Positions 25,051-39,419 are shown, numbered from the stretch's first letter. The stretch is DNA of 64,000 nucleotides from Chiloscyllium plagiosum (GCF_004010195.1 NC_057748.1:27752180-27816179); one strand, 5' to 3'. Numbers and translations are program-made. The notes: generated from the sequence alone by a model not told the origin.

Positions 25051-26554
25051 GATATTGCGTGTTTTATGATCTATGGAATGTTATTAACGAGTGAAAGCTG
25101 GAGTGAGATGCAATGTGGGGCTTGAGTGATTGGGAACAGGAGTGAAATGGAGGATGAGAGAGTCCAGAGGACAAACATCAGGAGCCCTCTTCGATTATTT
25201 TGAGTGACCAATCTATCACGTGTGTGTCTGTGTAAGTGTGTGACATGTCTGACAAGAGGTTCTGCACTTTCCATCTTGTTCATGGGGGAAGCTACAGCCG
25301 CCTATGTGATGTTTTGTACCTGACGACTGATGCCACCGTGTGCTGTTGTTGCTGCTGCTGCGACAAGAGGTTTCAGTTCCTCCGCCGACATGACCCTCTT
25401 CTTCCCCTCCATCTGGAATGAGTAAACGTACCACCAGCAGCTCCTTCACAAACAGGACAAAAACAGCATCGCTTTGGCTCTTGGAAGCGAAAATAAAGCA
25501 CTCGAAACGCCACCCAAGTCACCAGAGGTCGAGAGTCTGCGCTGCGTGAAACTCAGAAGCAGCCTGGGGGTCGGCTCTTCGACGATGTCAATCACCATTG
25601 GGTGGCCATTACGGACTGCTAAATGGTTGATGTTGTGGAACAGCTGCTTTCAAATCAACAAAGCTTATAATGCAACCGATGATTCCATCTAAGAAAGCGG
25701 CGGCCGTGCAGTCTATCAACCTGGCATTCAGTTTAATCATGACTGATTGCATCGCAACTCCACCTTCCTCGTCCACATCCCTCGACTCACTGACTTCGCA
25801 AAATTCTACCCATTAGAATCTTCTATAGACAAAGAGAATACTACAAGTTCACCAGGCTCTGAACTAAAGAATTTCCTTTCATCTCAGACCAAATTGGCTG
25901 CTCTCTTATGCTGGAGCATCTTCTCGATTTTCCAGTCAGTAGTTGGGATGTGGTTGGGTGTTGCTAATTTGGGAGGTGGGGAAGCACAATCTGTCCACAT
26001 CGACTATGTTAAACCTCTCAAACTTTGTTGTCTTTCAATGGGATGTTCTCTCTTTCCTCTAATAGCGAGAAGTTATAGGCCCACTCTCCTCTTGGGACAC
26101 CCCTTTCTCCTCAAGTCCCAACCCTTACCGAAATAATATGTTATTGTATTCCTCTGACTAAAGTGGAAAAATTCCACATTTACCCATATCCAAGTCCGTC
26201 TACGACTGCCTTACCCAATTAGTAATGCAGTCTATATCCTTTTCCAGCCTTGCTGTTCCACTTCAAAGCCTACTCTCCACCAGAGATTTGGATCTGTATT
26301 TCCTCCTTCCGTCGAGTTCTCTTCACTGATAGTTGCATCATTGCCAATTTAAAATCATTGTAATACAGAGGGCAGCAGTGCATTGTGTACAACAACAGTT
26401 CTGACTCAACACACAGTTGTGAACTGTTTTCTGAAAAAGATATGATAAATATTTTGAAAATAATTAAGAGTTCATCAAAAATTGAAGCCACAAAGTCATA
26501 AAGGTCTCCAAGATAGACGTTTGCCCTTTGACCCATCAAGTCAGCGCCACGCAA

Positions 26555-26815
26555 GTCTGTGGTTAGCACTGCTGCCTTACAGTGCTAAAGACCCGGGTTC
26601 AATTCCCGCCTCAGGCGACTGACTGTGTGGAGTTTGCACATTCTCCCCCGCGTTTGCGTGGGTTTCCTCTGGATGCTCCGGTTTCCCTCCACAGTCCAAA
26701 AATGTGCAGGTTAGGTGAATTGGCCATGCTAAATTGCCTGTAGTGTTAGTGGAATGGGGGCGGGTCGGTGTGGACTTGTTGGGCCGAAGGGCCTGATTCC
26801 ACACTATAAATAATC
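26555..26815 (+). mobile_element. tRNA-derived V-SINE (HE1-like)
   Basis: GTGGTTAGCACTGCTGCC...GGTTCAATTCC...GTGTGGAGTTTGCACATTCTCCCC core. Confidence 0.85.
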
Positions 26816-27399
26816 TATTCTCATTCCATTTTATGGTACAGAACAGGTCAAGTGCATAACTAAATTCTTCTTCAATGTGATGAGACTTCTGTCTCTACCA
26901 TCCTTACAAACAGTGAGTTCCAGATACCCACCACACTCTGGCCTCACATGTCCTTGAAATCTCCTGCGCCTTACCTCAAATCTATGTCCTCTGGTCAATA
27001 AGGACGGATTGGGCCGCGCTATGGGCCTGTATGACTCCTTGACTCTATGACACCAAGGAAGCACAGAGAAAGAAAAGATTAGTGCATTTTCTCAAATGCA
27101 TGTTTTCAAGAGGAGTTGGAAATAGTTCTTAGGTCTAAAGGGTTGAAAGGGCATTGGGAGACAGAGAATTGGGGATAGAGTTGGAGAATCAGCCATGATC
27201 CTATTGCATGGCAGAGCAGGTGTTGAATGGCCAAAAAGCTTACATTTGCGCCTGTTTGCTATCTTCTTATGATTACAAAGTCCAATCGCATATTGAACAT
27301 TTGTAAACCCGGAAGTTCAGATTATGGACAACCACGCAAGAAGCCGGGAAGAGATCGGTGGAAGCCCAAAGTGTTGATTTGCCTGGTTTCTGCCCCTTC

Positions 27400-27422
27400 A
27401 TTTGCATTTCTGTCAATAAATA
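27400..27422 (+). promoter_or_regulatory. Ig light-chain promoter: octamer ATTTGCAT plus TATA-like AATAAATA (cluster B)
   Basis: Perfect ATTTGCAT at 27400-27407 in the light-chain orientation, ~150 bp upstream of the leader ATG; conserved in the paralog at 53525. Confidence 0.85.
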
Positions 27423-28397
27423 GAGCTGGGAGAGCCCTCTCCGGTTTACCGACACTAGGTGAGGAGGGGCTCCCAGGAGTTTACAGCAACGGTTCCACTG
27501 AGGGCAGCACCCGGAAAATTGACTGTTTCAGTGCACTCTCCAGTGGAAATGTTTCCGACGCTGCATCTGCTGTGGACTCTGCTGCTCCGTGTGACAGGTC
27601 AGGAATTGCTCTGGATTAACGTATATTTGTTAAACACTCGTTGGCCTTGTTTCACACCAGCTGGCAAAATAATTCAACGCACGCATGTATTTCTTCAATT
27701 GTTGGTACTTTGGCTGTTCCTGTTCTCGATCAGAGGCCGGTGTCCGGCCCACTCTCCGCCGGTCAGACCGCCCAATTGAAGTGTGCGATACAGAACGGTG
27801 ATGTGGGCAGCTACACTGTACGTTGGCACCGTCAGACTCCCGGAGAAGACCCGGTGTGGGTGATCACGCATGAAAGTGACAATGACATTTTCAGACGCAC
27901 CGGTTTCACGGACTGTTTCCAACCTTCTCGCGACACTTCCAATAATAGCTTCATCCTAACCATCGGAAACCTAGTCTCCGGTGACTCAGCCGTCTATTAC
28001 TGTCAAGTCTGGGCTGACTCAGCTGGCTACATCTTTGCAGGTGGAACCGCCCTGACTGTTCAAAGTAAGTGATTTTGCTCCCCCCCCCCCACCCATCATT
28101 CAGATTAGTTCATTTAGAGAGTTAATAAACTGCTTACACAGTAACGAGCATCCAGGGAACAGGAGAATCGACGTTTCGGGCATAAGCCCTTCTTCAGGAA
28201 TCTTCAGGATTCCTCCGAGAAAGGCGGAATGTGGAAAAGGACATTGTACTAATATTTTTTCCTCTTACCCCCTACTCAAGCACTAGGTCGGGTTCTTGGT
28301 GAGCCCTGCCATTGTAACGCCTCTGTGTGAATGATCTTTCGAGGTTGAAATACCGTGACAGTCCAGATTTTGTAGATTTGGTTTTCTTTTGTATCTT

Positions 28398-28611
28398 TGA
28401 GGAGAAAGTGAGGTCTGCAGATGCTGGAGATCAGAGATGGAAGTGTGTTGCTGGAAAAGCGCAGCAGGTCAGGCAGTATCTAGGGAACAGGAGAATCGAC
28501 GTTTCGGGCATTAGCCCTTCTTCCTGAAGAAGGGCTAATGCCCGAAACGTCGATTCTCCTGTTCCCTAGATGCTGCCTGACCTGCTGCGCTTTTCCAGCA
28601 ACACATTTCCA
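28398..28611. mobile_element. Fold-back Penelope-related element with hammerhead-like motif
   Basis: Inverted arms; flanked by the 15-bp direct repeat tttcttttgtatctt (28383-28397, 28612-28626). Confidence 0.8.
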
Positions 28612-28699
28612 TTTCTTTTGTATCTTCTCTATTATTCAGATTAGTTCAATTTTATCCCTTCAGTGTCGATTCTCTTCTTCAGATTGCGCCAATCACAAT

Positions 28700-31600
28700 T
28701 TAACACATTTTACAACAAATCTGATTCACACCCACAAGTCAGTGTTATATAACAATTCTCTCCTTCATTCACTCACCCACTCATTCACTCACTCACAGAG
28801 CTTAGAGTATGCTTCATATCAAGAATTCTCTCAAATAATCGCACAGATCAGGCCATTTTACAAGTAATAATAATTCTCTCGCTCCCTTACACACAGGTCG
28901 GATAGACTATATTAATAGTTCTTTCTCACACGTAAGGCCAGTGTTCTTTTAATAAATCTCAATGACACACGCAGGTCAAAATGTTATTTATATCAACCAT
29001 TCTCTCTCTGCCTCTCCCTCTCTCACACAGGTCAGTGTCTCGCAGAAATACCCAGCGGTCAGTGTGTTATATATATGGATTATTAATTGTTATTGTTATC
29101 TTAATGTTATTGCTATTACAAATTCTCTCTCACATACAGACACACATGTCAGTGTGTTATGTTTTGTTAACAATTGTCCCTCTCCTTTTCTCGTTCTCTC
29201 GTGCACACGGGTTAGTCTTACATTAATAATACACACACGAGATTATATCAGTAATTCTCTCTCACACACACACATTGGTCAGGTTTGCATAAATGTTCTG
29301 TCCCCTTCTCTCTTACACAGTCGCACAGGTCATTGTATTATTTTATAAATGATTCTCCCTCTCACACAAATATACACTGACCAGACATTATCAATAATTC
29401 TCTCCCACATCCAGGCAGTGTTACATTAGAAATTATCTCTCACACAAATACATACATCAGAGAAAATATCAATAATTCTCTCCTACACACACCAGTCAAT
29501 GTTACCTTAACAATTCTATGCCACGCGATAAACACAGGCCAGAGCATTATTTATATCAATATTTCTCTCTCTCACTCTCTTTCTCTCTCTCTCTCCCCCA
29601 CACCCCCCACCCCTCCCCAACACTCACATAGACAAAGGTCAGCGTGCTATGTATGTTAATAATTCTGCATCTCTTACAAACACAAACAGGTCAGAGATAA
29701 TAACAATATTTCTATCTCACACACAGGTCAATGTTACATTAGTAATTCTCTCCCACACACAAACACATAGCAGTCAGAGTGCTCTTTATATTAATAATTT
29801 TCTCTCTATGACACACACAGACACGGCGACAGACACATACACACACAGCTCAGAGATTATAACAATAATTCACTCTCATATACACAGGTTAGTGTAGTTT
29901 TTACATTAATATTTCTCTCTCTCCATGTCTCCCCCTCTTTCACACGCACATAAATCAGAATGTTATGTTATTAATAATTCTCTCACACACATTCGCGCAC
30001 AGAACCGAGATTATAAAACTGGGTATTGTTACAGTCACACTCCTCTGACTCACAAATAGACAGGTCAGATAGATTATATCAACATTTATCCCACACACAT
30101 AGGTCACTATTGTGTTTTTAATTCGCTGCCTCCTACTCACACACCGATCAGAGTGTTGCAAAAGTTTGTAATTCTTTATCTCTGTCTTTCTATCTATCTC
30201 TCTCTCTCACACACACGCACACACACATACAGAGAGAGAGAGACAGGTGCGTTTTATATTAATTATTGTCTGACAAAAACATACAGGTTAAAATCTTAAT
30301 TATAGTAATAATTCTCTCGCTCAGACCCAAGACACACGCGGGTGAGAGTTTAAATGAATAAATCTCCCTCAGAGCATTATTCGGGTTAATAATTTTCTGT
30401 ATCTTTTGTCACACAAACGCACATACATACGCCAGTGACTTATATATATTTATGAATAATTCTGTCACACATTCACACACAGAACAGAAAGTGCTACAAT
30501 AATTCTCTGTCACGCGCACAGGTCAGGGATTATGTCAATAATTCACTCGCACTTACAGGTCAAAATATTCTATGTTTCTCTATCCCATGCAAATACACCA
30601 GTCAGATTGTTATGTACACAGGTAATTATTTTCGTCTCATATTCACACAAATATATGCAGATCAGACTTTAGATCAATATTTGTGAGAAGATTTGTATCT
30701 GATTTAGGTCAATAATTATCTCTCAAACATACAAGTCAAATAGTTTATCCTAATCAAAAACTGAAGTTGCTAGAAAGACTCAGTAAATCTGGCAGCATCT
30801 GTGGAAAGAAATTAAGATCCAGTGACCCTTCCTCAGAACCAACTTCAATACATTTCAACAATTCTCTCACGCACAAGTCAGAGTGTCATATTAATTACTC
30901 TCGTCTTCTCTCTCTCTCTCTCCCCCCTCTCTCCCCCTCCCTCTCTCACGCACATACACACGCGCGCGTGCACCCACACATACACACGCACACACATCAG
31001 ATAGTTATGTTACAACTTCACTCACTCCTGCAAATCCCTTCCTCATGGCATTGTGGGCCAAGACGCAGCAGTGGATTACACTAGATCAAGAAGGTGGCTC
31101 ACCACAACCTTCTGAAGGGCAACAAGGAACTGGCAAATAAATGCTAGCCAGACAACGACGCCCCCCTCATCACAAATAATGAATAAATACAAAAGACATG
31201 CACAGGTCAGTGTTTTATATATGCGCCAGTAATTCTCACAAACATGGGTGAAATAGTTATGCTGATAAATCTCTTACGCACACATATTCACATGTACAGG
31301 TCTGCATGCATATTTTATGTGTATCTCAATAATTCTCTCTATCTTTCTCTCACGCACACAGACACACAAGTCAGAGTTTCAAAAAAAATATCACAAAACA
31401 CCAGGTTATAGTTCAATAGGTTTATTTGGAAGTACTAGCTTTCAGAGCGCTGCTCCTGTATCAGATAGCTGGGAAAGTAGGATCAGAAGACACAGAATTT
31501 ATAGCAAAAAAAATATGCAATTAAAATGATATATTGAAGAAACATAGATTGCTGTTACGTCTTTCATTTTTTTGAATGGGTTATAGTTTTCGGTTCATTA

Positions 31601-32655
31601 ATATGTAAATCACAGAATTCATTTTCAGTCACATTCTCGAGATAACGTAAGGTTTTATAAAACCAGATGACATCTGAGCTCAGACAATGTATTAAAGTTG
31701 TGTGGTTGGAGTCCGTCTCTATCCCAAACCTGAGACAGAATGGTTCTATTTACAAAATATGGACTGACTGCCTGCATTGACTGCCTGCAGGTTGTTTGTT
31801 TTTTTAAGCAAAAATAAAAAAAAATATTTGGAAATACAATTCTGGAAATTTAAGTTCATCCGTTAGACGTGTGTGTATAAGAGAGAGAGAGGGAGAGAGT
31901 GCGCGTGAGAGAGCATGTGTTTGCGTGTGTGGCTTGGTAGAGTGTGCGAGTGAGTATGACGGATTCCTACTTTGGAAATAGAACCAGTCTGACTCAAGAT
32001 TGGGGTAGATACAGAGTCTAACCTCACGCCTTTAAGACATGGTCTGAGATGAGATATCGATTTTAAAAACCTTAAGTTAGCTTGACAATGTGACTTTAAA
32101 TAATTTCTGGGTTTTGCATATTAACGAATCGAAAACTGCAGCCCATCCTAAAAGATGAAAGACTGAACAGCAATCTCGGTTTGTTCAATATATCACTTTA
32201 ATTGCATGACATTGTAATCTTTTGCTATAAATTCTGTGTCTCACGATTCTGCCCCACTAGTTAATTGATGAAGGAGCAGCGCTCTAAAAGCTAGCACTTC
32301 CAAATAAACCTGTTGGACTATCACCTGGTATTGTCTGACTTTCAAGTTTGCCCACCCCAGTCAAACACTTGAACCTCCACACCATGACAAGTCAGCGTTA
32401 TGCATACGAATAAGTTTCTTTCTCGCTCTGTGTCTCTCCCACACACACAGGTCAGAGTGTAAGACATGAGCAATTCACGGTCTCACGCATACTCATGCAC
32501 CAAGTCAGAGTGTTAATATTAATAATTATCTGTCTCCGTCCTTCACAAACACGCAGTTGAGACTAATATGTGTAATTTTACCTCCTTTGGATAGATCAGA
32601 GGTTTTTTTTTTTATTCATGCATGTAATCGTCATTCTCTCTTTCACCATGATCAG
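28700..32655 (+). repeat. J-C intron tandem repeat of cluster B (with TE insertions)
   Basis: Same cacacaggtcag...aataattctctc unit as 1-2621. Confidence 0.8.
31385..32390. mobile_element. ~1 kb inverted-repeat (fold-back) Penelope-derived element in the J-C intron
   Basis: Arms ~31390-31760 and ~31960-32345 are reverse complements (ccaggttatagt..aataggtttatttggaag / cttccaaataaacctgttggactat..cctgg); short relatives at ~36745-36930 and ~42095-42180. Confidence 0.75.
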
Positions 32656-34204
32656 GTAGTGGATGATCGGAAACCATCTGTCCTTCTGCTCCCCCCCCCC
32701 CCCTTCGCCAGAACAAACAGACACAGGATCAGGCACCATTTCCTGTCTGGTGAGTCGCTTCAAGCCGGGCTTTGCACAGCCCCTCTGGAGTGCGGATGAG
32801 AAAGGCACAGATATCGGGGTGACCACAAGCCCCGTGTCCCTGGACAGTGATCAAAGCTACGGCCTGAGCAGTTACCTGACAGTCCCGGCTACGGACTGGA
32901 AGAAGGGTTCCAGATACTCTTGCAGTGTCAAGCACGGTTCATTGAATTCGCCACTCCTCAACACCCATCAGCTCCAGCGACTGTTAGCTCTGAGGCAAAC
33001 ACTGTCACGGTTCAGTCAATGTGTGCCAAGTGGTGTTTTGTTGTTTGTTTGTGTTTTGCAACGTAATTTATGCAACAATGTCGGTATTTGGTGAACAACC
33101 TGAATATCGATGGATATCAGGAGCGGGTGAAATTATTGTTTGATTTGATGAGTGGGCATTTCCTGCTGCAATTGTCCCCAGAATTTTGTGTGTAAACTCT
33201 CGGTCTGGATAGAATGGGGAGCAATTTCCCCACTTAAACAATGATCCTGTTGCGTTTGTAAACTTGGAGTAAACACAGCTCTGAATAAATATGAAAATAA
33301 ATGACTGTCATTATTGAACACTTAAAGGGCATTAGAAGTATCTTGGCAGTGGATAGTTTACAGCTGTGACAATATTACACAGAATTATATCAAATGATGG
33401 AATGGGAATGTACGTCAACAATATTCATCTCAACCACTCCCTGTGGGACCAAGTACCTACATTCTCCCCACACCACTCGGGACCGAGTATTCCATTCTCT
33501 CCTACTCCCCGCGTGTGAGTCCCCCAGTCCCTTCCACCATCCATGGCAGTAAGTCGTCCATTCTCCCAAATCCCCATGGAGTGAGTCCTATAATCTCCAT
33601 TCCTGAGGAAGTTTCTCCTGGATCCCTGATTGAATTTATCGGGGATGGTGGGGTGGGGGGGGGGGCGGGTGGTGTTGATCAACTTTCGCTATTTTCTTTT
33701 CAAAAGTGTCCCACGCAGGTCACTCTCTCCTGATTAGTCTAACCTCCCAATTCTGTCACTGATCTTGTCAATGATAGCCCCTTTCAGAGTGCCACTGTAA
33801 TTTTGACAGGTATGCTCTGGACTCTGTATCTTCATGCACTCTAACTAACAAGAGTTGATTGTGGATAAAACATGCGCCGAGTCAGCAGCTGCAAGCTGAG
33901 GGTCATAAACGGCAACCCGCAGAAAGATCTCTATCTCACTTCTGTTTCCCACACCAGCCCTATTCACTCACACACACATACAAGCATACAAGCCCAACTT
34001 AAGCTCAGCCCTTGGTGATGGATAATGAGCTCGCCCTAGAAGTGGGGCATTTGTTCTTTCCCATCTCATCCAAATTGAGTTATCCCTAATTCAACAGCGA
34101 AACTCGCGCAGGTTTTACTAGAGGCAGTGAGGGAATATTGTTCCTATTGGAGAGAGGGTCGATAACAGGTTTGGGTAGAGGAAGGGAATTCAGAAATGAC
34201 TGTT

Positions 34205-36200
34205 TTGTTCAGGTTGTAAGTTTGCTCGCTGAGCTGGCAGGTTTGTTTCCATTACCTGCTAGGTAACATCATTAGTGAGCCTCTGGTGAAGCGCTGGTGT
34301 TCAGTCCTGCTTTATATTTATATGTCTTGGTCTCTAAAGATGGGTGATATTATTTCCGATTCTTTTTGTCAAAGGTAAATGGGATTGATGTGTTTATTGA
34401 TGGAATTCCGGTTTGAATGCCATGCCTCTAGGAATTACCGAGCTTGTCTCTGTTTAGCCTGTCCCAGGATGGGTGTTGTCCCAGTCGAGTGGTGTCCTTG
34501 GTCTTTCTGTATGAAAGGATACTAGGGAAAGTGGGTCATGCCTTTTGGTGGCTACTTGATATTCGCGTATCCTAGTGGCTAGATTTTTGCCTGTCTGTCC
34601 GATGCAGCGTTTCTTACAGTCCTTGCATTGTATTTTGTAAATGACATTCGTTTTGCTGTTTGTTCGTATATAGTCCTTTAGGTTCATCAGTAGCTGTTTC
34701 AGTGTGTAGGTTGGTTTGTGGGCTGCCATGATACCAAGGGTTCGTAGTCGTGTGGTAGTCATCTCCAAGATGTCTTTGATGCATGGTAGTGTGGCTCAAG
34801 TTTCTGAGTGTGTTGTGTCTACTTATTTCAGCTTGTTGTTTAAGAGTTGGTGGACTGTGTTTATCAGGTACTTGTACTTCTTGAATACATGTACAGGTAT
34901 TTTTCTACTGCTGCTCGTATTTCCTGGGTGCTGCAGTGTGTTGTGATTCGTTTAAATAATATCTGGATGCAGCTTCGTTTGTGGGTGTTGCAATTATTGC
35001 ATCTGTAGTTAAGTATCTGGGCTGTGTATGTTGGTTTCCTGTAGACGCTAGTCTGCAATTCTCCAGTAACTGTTCGTTCCACTGTGACATCTAGGGAGGG
35101 GAGTCTATTGTTGCTCTCCTCCTCTTTTGTGAAATTTATGCCAGTAAAAATGTTGTTGATGATGTTGTGGGTTTCCCCTGATTTGTTCCGGTTTGTGATG
35201 ACAGAGGTGTCATCCCAGTAGTGGACCCAAAGTTTGGGCTGGATCGTGGATCGTTTGTTCAAGTCTCTGCATTATTGCTTCTGCGAAGAAGCCTGATCCC
35301 ATGGGTGTTCCGTTGATTTGTTTGTAGGTCTTGTCGTTGAAGGTGAAGTGGGTAGAAAGCCACAGCTCGACGAGCTTGATGACGTTTTTCTTGCTGATGA
35401 AGTTGGTGCTGGGTGGTGGTTATGTCCTTCGTTCGTCTAGTAGCGTGGTCAGTGTTCCATTGGCCAGGCTGATTTTAATTGATATGAATAGGGCTGTTGC
35501 ATCAAGGGAGAGCATTATTTCGTCCTCTTCTGTCTTGTGTTTTTGATTAGTTCAGGAATTCTTGGGAAAAGTGGATGGAGTGGCATGAGTCTTCTACTAG
35601 GTATTTCAGTTTCTGGTGGCGTTCCTTTGCTAGTCTGTATGCTCAGACCCATGCTCTTACTCCCTGACACACCGACAGAGGGATGAGCAAAGGAATTCCA
35701 CTGAAAACTGAAATATAAAATATCATGCAAAGTCTGTAACAAACACTATATCGAACAGACAGGGAGAGAACAAGCCACCAGGTTACAAGAACGCCAACTA
35801 GCCACCAAAAGACATGACCCACTATCGCTAGTGTCCTTACATACAGATGAAGACGTACGCCACTTCGATTGGTACAACACATCTATCCTTGGACAGGCTG
35901 AACAGAGACACGCAAGGGAACTCTTAGAGACCTGGCATTCAAACCACAATTTCATCCATAAACACATTGATTTCGACCCCATTTACCAACCTCTGAGAAA
36001 AAGAGCCGGAAATCATATCAAAACCCTGAAGAGATCAAGACGTATAAATAGAAAGTGGGACAGAACACCGGGTACTTCGCGAAAGGCTCACCGATGTTGT
36101 TACCAGGCATGTTGACGAAACGTCTGCAAGCTAACCTGCCAGCTCAGCAAGCAAACTTACAACCTGAACCTCAACTTGATCTGCAAACCTTCTCAAAAAT
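34205..36200 (-). mobile_element. Degenerate Penelope-like retroelement (RT + GIY-YIG) with an inverted second 3' end
   Basis: Minus-strand fragments WVHYWDDT (RT YxDD region), LPSLDV..VYRKPT, and NVIYKIQCKDC...IGQTG..LATRIRE (GIY-YIG). A plus-strand copy of the 3' end lies at ~35690-36200, so the outer termini are inverted. Confidence 0.88.
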
Positions 36201-36939
36201 CGCAAGTAAGTGTTATGTTTTCTGACCCACCGAGTCATTGTGATCAAGGACTTCGGAAAGTGGGAAGCAGATTGGAAAGAAACTTTCAACAAGTGAGTAG
36301 GGACAATGGCACGGTTTTGGGAGGATGAGTAATGGGGAAGTGTGGAGTGTGGGATAACCGAATCGCTCCTTCATTCACAGAATAGCAGCATAAGAATATG
36401 TCTCTTCTCTGTGTTTTCATGTTCAAAACTTCAGATTTCCCTGGGCACCATTTAGGTGAGGCCACCCACTAAGTTCTGTGAACTGTCAAGGATTAATCGC
36501 TGGTTGTTAGCTGACATGGGCCTGAGAAAACCTCGCTGGCAATAGAGTAACTTACTGACATATTTAAAAAGATTTTCCAAATCAAAAGCTACAAGCTTCA
36601 TTCTAAGCACGTGGAATCATATACACACATTGCACATCGACATACACACATACGTAGGCACAAACACATTGCCTTTTTTACACACTTAACTATTCTTTTC
36701 TCATGCATGCACAATTTCTCTCTTTTACACACACCCTCGCTTATGATGTGGAAAAGCCGGTGTTGGATTGCGGTGGACTAAGTCAGAAGTGACATGGCAC
36801 CAGTTTATAGTCCAACAGGTTTACTTGAAATCACAAGCTTTCAGAGCACTACACCTTTTACACGTCAGGCGCTCCAAAAGCTTGTGATTCCAAACAAATC
36901 TATTAGAATATAACCTGGCGTCCTGACGACACGTTTTCT

Positions 36940-37580
36940 CACCTGCATACACATCCACTCCTTCCCTCTCAAGCACAGATTCACACACACTCACATGTTC
37001 TCTCTCTCTTACATTCAATCTCTTTAGTTCCTTCTTCTCATGCACATATACCCTCCTGCTCATATACGCACACTTTCTCTCTTACACATACCTGCACTCC
37101 CCTCTCTCACGTGCTCACACTTACTTTTTTCACACACTCTCACTCACACAGTCACACATTTTATCTCTTGCATACTTTCTCTAACTCTCCCTCTCTGTTT
37201 CTCACACACTAACTCTCTCACACTCATACTTTCTCCTTGTCACACTCTCACTCTTGGATACACACACATTTTCTATATATTACACACTCCCTCTAACCCA
37301 CCCTGACATGCACAGTCTCTAATTATCTCTCACACATACCCTCTGTCTCTCGCACATACTTACACTTTTTCACATTCTCCTCTCCTTCACGTGTTTGCAC
37401 GAACATACTTTCTCTCTCTTACACGCAGTCTCTCTAACTCGCTGTCTCATACACTCAGCCACATTTTCTCGCTTTTACACACGCGCTTGTAATAACTTCG
37501 CCACCCTCACATGTACAGTCACATACAAATTATCTTGTTCCATCACAGACTTTCACTTTTTCACACACTCTCGCACAGAC
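36940..37580. repeat. CA/CT-rich low-complexity tract
   Basis: Composition only. Confidence 0.7.
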
Positions 37581-37909
37581 ATATTTAGAGTCCAGCACAA
37601 GAGGGAAAATCTCTCGGGATACCGCATAGACCATTTGTGACTGAGATGAGGAGAAATTTCTTCACTCGGGGGATGGTGAAAACATAGAATTCTCCACCAC
37701 AGAATGCTGTGGTGACAAAGCCATTGAATATATCCAAGGAAGAAGTAATTTTCAGGAGACGACAGCTGTTGAAGGGTGTGGAGGAGAACTGAATAATGGT
37801 ATCGAGATACAGCTGAACACATGATTATATTGAATGGCAGAACAGACTTAATGGGTGAATGAGTCTGATACTATTGTTTTTTTTGTACTTACTACAGACA
37901 CGCAGATGT

Positions 37910-37947
<38 letters not shown>

Positions 37948-37989
37948 CTTCATTACTGATCGAAGGTGGAGACCAAATTTGAACATAGT

Positions 37990-38970
37990 TAAAGTCGCCA
38001 CATTACCAAAAGGATGTGGACGCTTTGGAGAGGGGGCAGAGAAGGTTTATGAGGATGTTGCCTGGTATGGAAGGTGCTAGCTGTGAAGAGAGGTTGAGTA
38101 GGTTAGGATTGTTTTCATTACAAAAAAAAGAGATTGTGGGGGAACCTGACTGAGTCTACAAAATCATGAAAGGTACAGACAGAGTAGATAGAGATAAGCT
38201 TTTTCCCAAGGTGATGGATTCAATAATGAGAGGTCACACTTTCAAGTGGAGAGGTAAAAAGTTTAAGGCGGATACATGCAGATGGTGGTACGTGCCTGGA
38301 ATACGTTGGCAGCAGAGGTTGTAGAGGCAGGCAAGGTAGATTCATTTAAGATGCGTCTGGACAATTGCATGAGTAGGTGGGGAGCAGAGGGATACAGATG
38401 CTTAGGAATTGAGCGACAGGTTTAGACAGTGGATTTGGATCAGTTCAGGCTTGGAGGGCCAAAAGGCCTGTTCCTAGGCTGTAAATTTTCTTTGTTCTTT
38501 GTTCATTCTACAATTACATGAGCATAATAATCCTGGGGCTGAATGATTAATAAGAGAACCCCACTGGTAAGATGCGAGACTTGTTCTATGAGCAGCTAAA
38601 GCCTGTACTCACCAGTATTTAGAAGAATGAGAGGAGAGCTAATTGAGGTCGATAGGGTGCTGAATCAGATTGATGAAGTAGACGTGACTCATGTGGGGCT
38701 ATCTAGATGGAGAGGTCATGATTTTACGATAAGAGCTTGTAGATGTACAACAGAGATGGGGAGGAATGATTTCTCTCAAAGGATTGTGAATCTGTGGAGT
38801 GTGAGGGCTGCCAGGTCACTGAGTAACTTTGAGGTGAAGATAGATTTTAATATAAGAATGGGTTAACGGGATGATGGGGACTGGGCAAGAAAGTGAAGTT
38901 GAGGCTGAAATGAGATCAGCCATGATGGCATTGTAAGGTGTAACAGACTAGAAGGGCCGAATTCCTCTTC
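37990..38970 (+). mobile_element. Two CR1-type LINE 3' fragments
   Basis: Degenerate ERL..LGLFSL..RRLRGDL..VYKI..RTRGH motifs; the first ends in a (TTCTTTG)n-like tail at ~38490. Confidence 0.7.
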
Positions 38971-39419
38971 TTCTATATCTTCCGTTTCTGTCTCCCTGCA
39001 GAGACTGGGCAACCTTGAAAAGTCTGGGTGTCCATAAGCAGAACAGAAACAGAGATTCGATTCAGAATGTTTGATCGAATCAGTTCTCCAGCTATTACCT
39101 GGCCCGAGTTTGAAAGAAAGTAGAGTTCATGCAGAAATCACCTCAGTGTTATTATTTGCTCTTGATGGATTTGAAGTCCAGGCTCAGCATTTACTGGAGG
39201 TGAGCAGCATCAGCATCCCTGCCACATGGTGGCATGGTGACTGATGTATATCCATAATACAACCATTAATTGGCTCTGTGACTGTGATCTATTCTCATCT
39301 CTGCCGCTGAGTGATGTCATAGTTCATACATCTATTGTACACCCGAACACTCATCCTGGCCACTAGGTGGCGATGAATTGTTTGAGTTATTTATTGTCAC
39401 AGTTTTGTTTTAAATTTGA

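Larger units (their letters stand above)
27549..32987 (+). pseudogene. Germline-joined Ig light chain (type I/NS5/sigma-cart), cluster B: leader 27549-27597, VJ 27705-28064, C 32656-32987; probable pseudogene
   Basis: Leader MFPTLHLLWTLLLRVT|gtcagg; VJ ...LKCAIQ...WHRQ...DSAVYYCQVWADSAGYIFAGGTALTVQ|gtaagt. The V acceptor AG is TG (27703-27704). The C exon has +1 G (TGA at 32664), +7 in a poly-C run and +1 C near the end. Confidence 0.88.
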
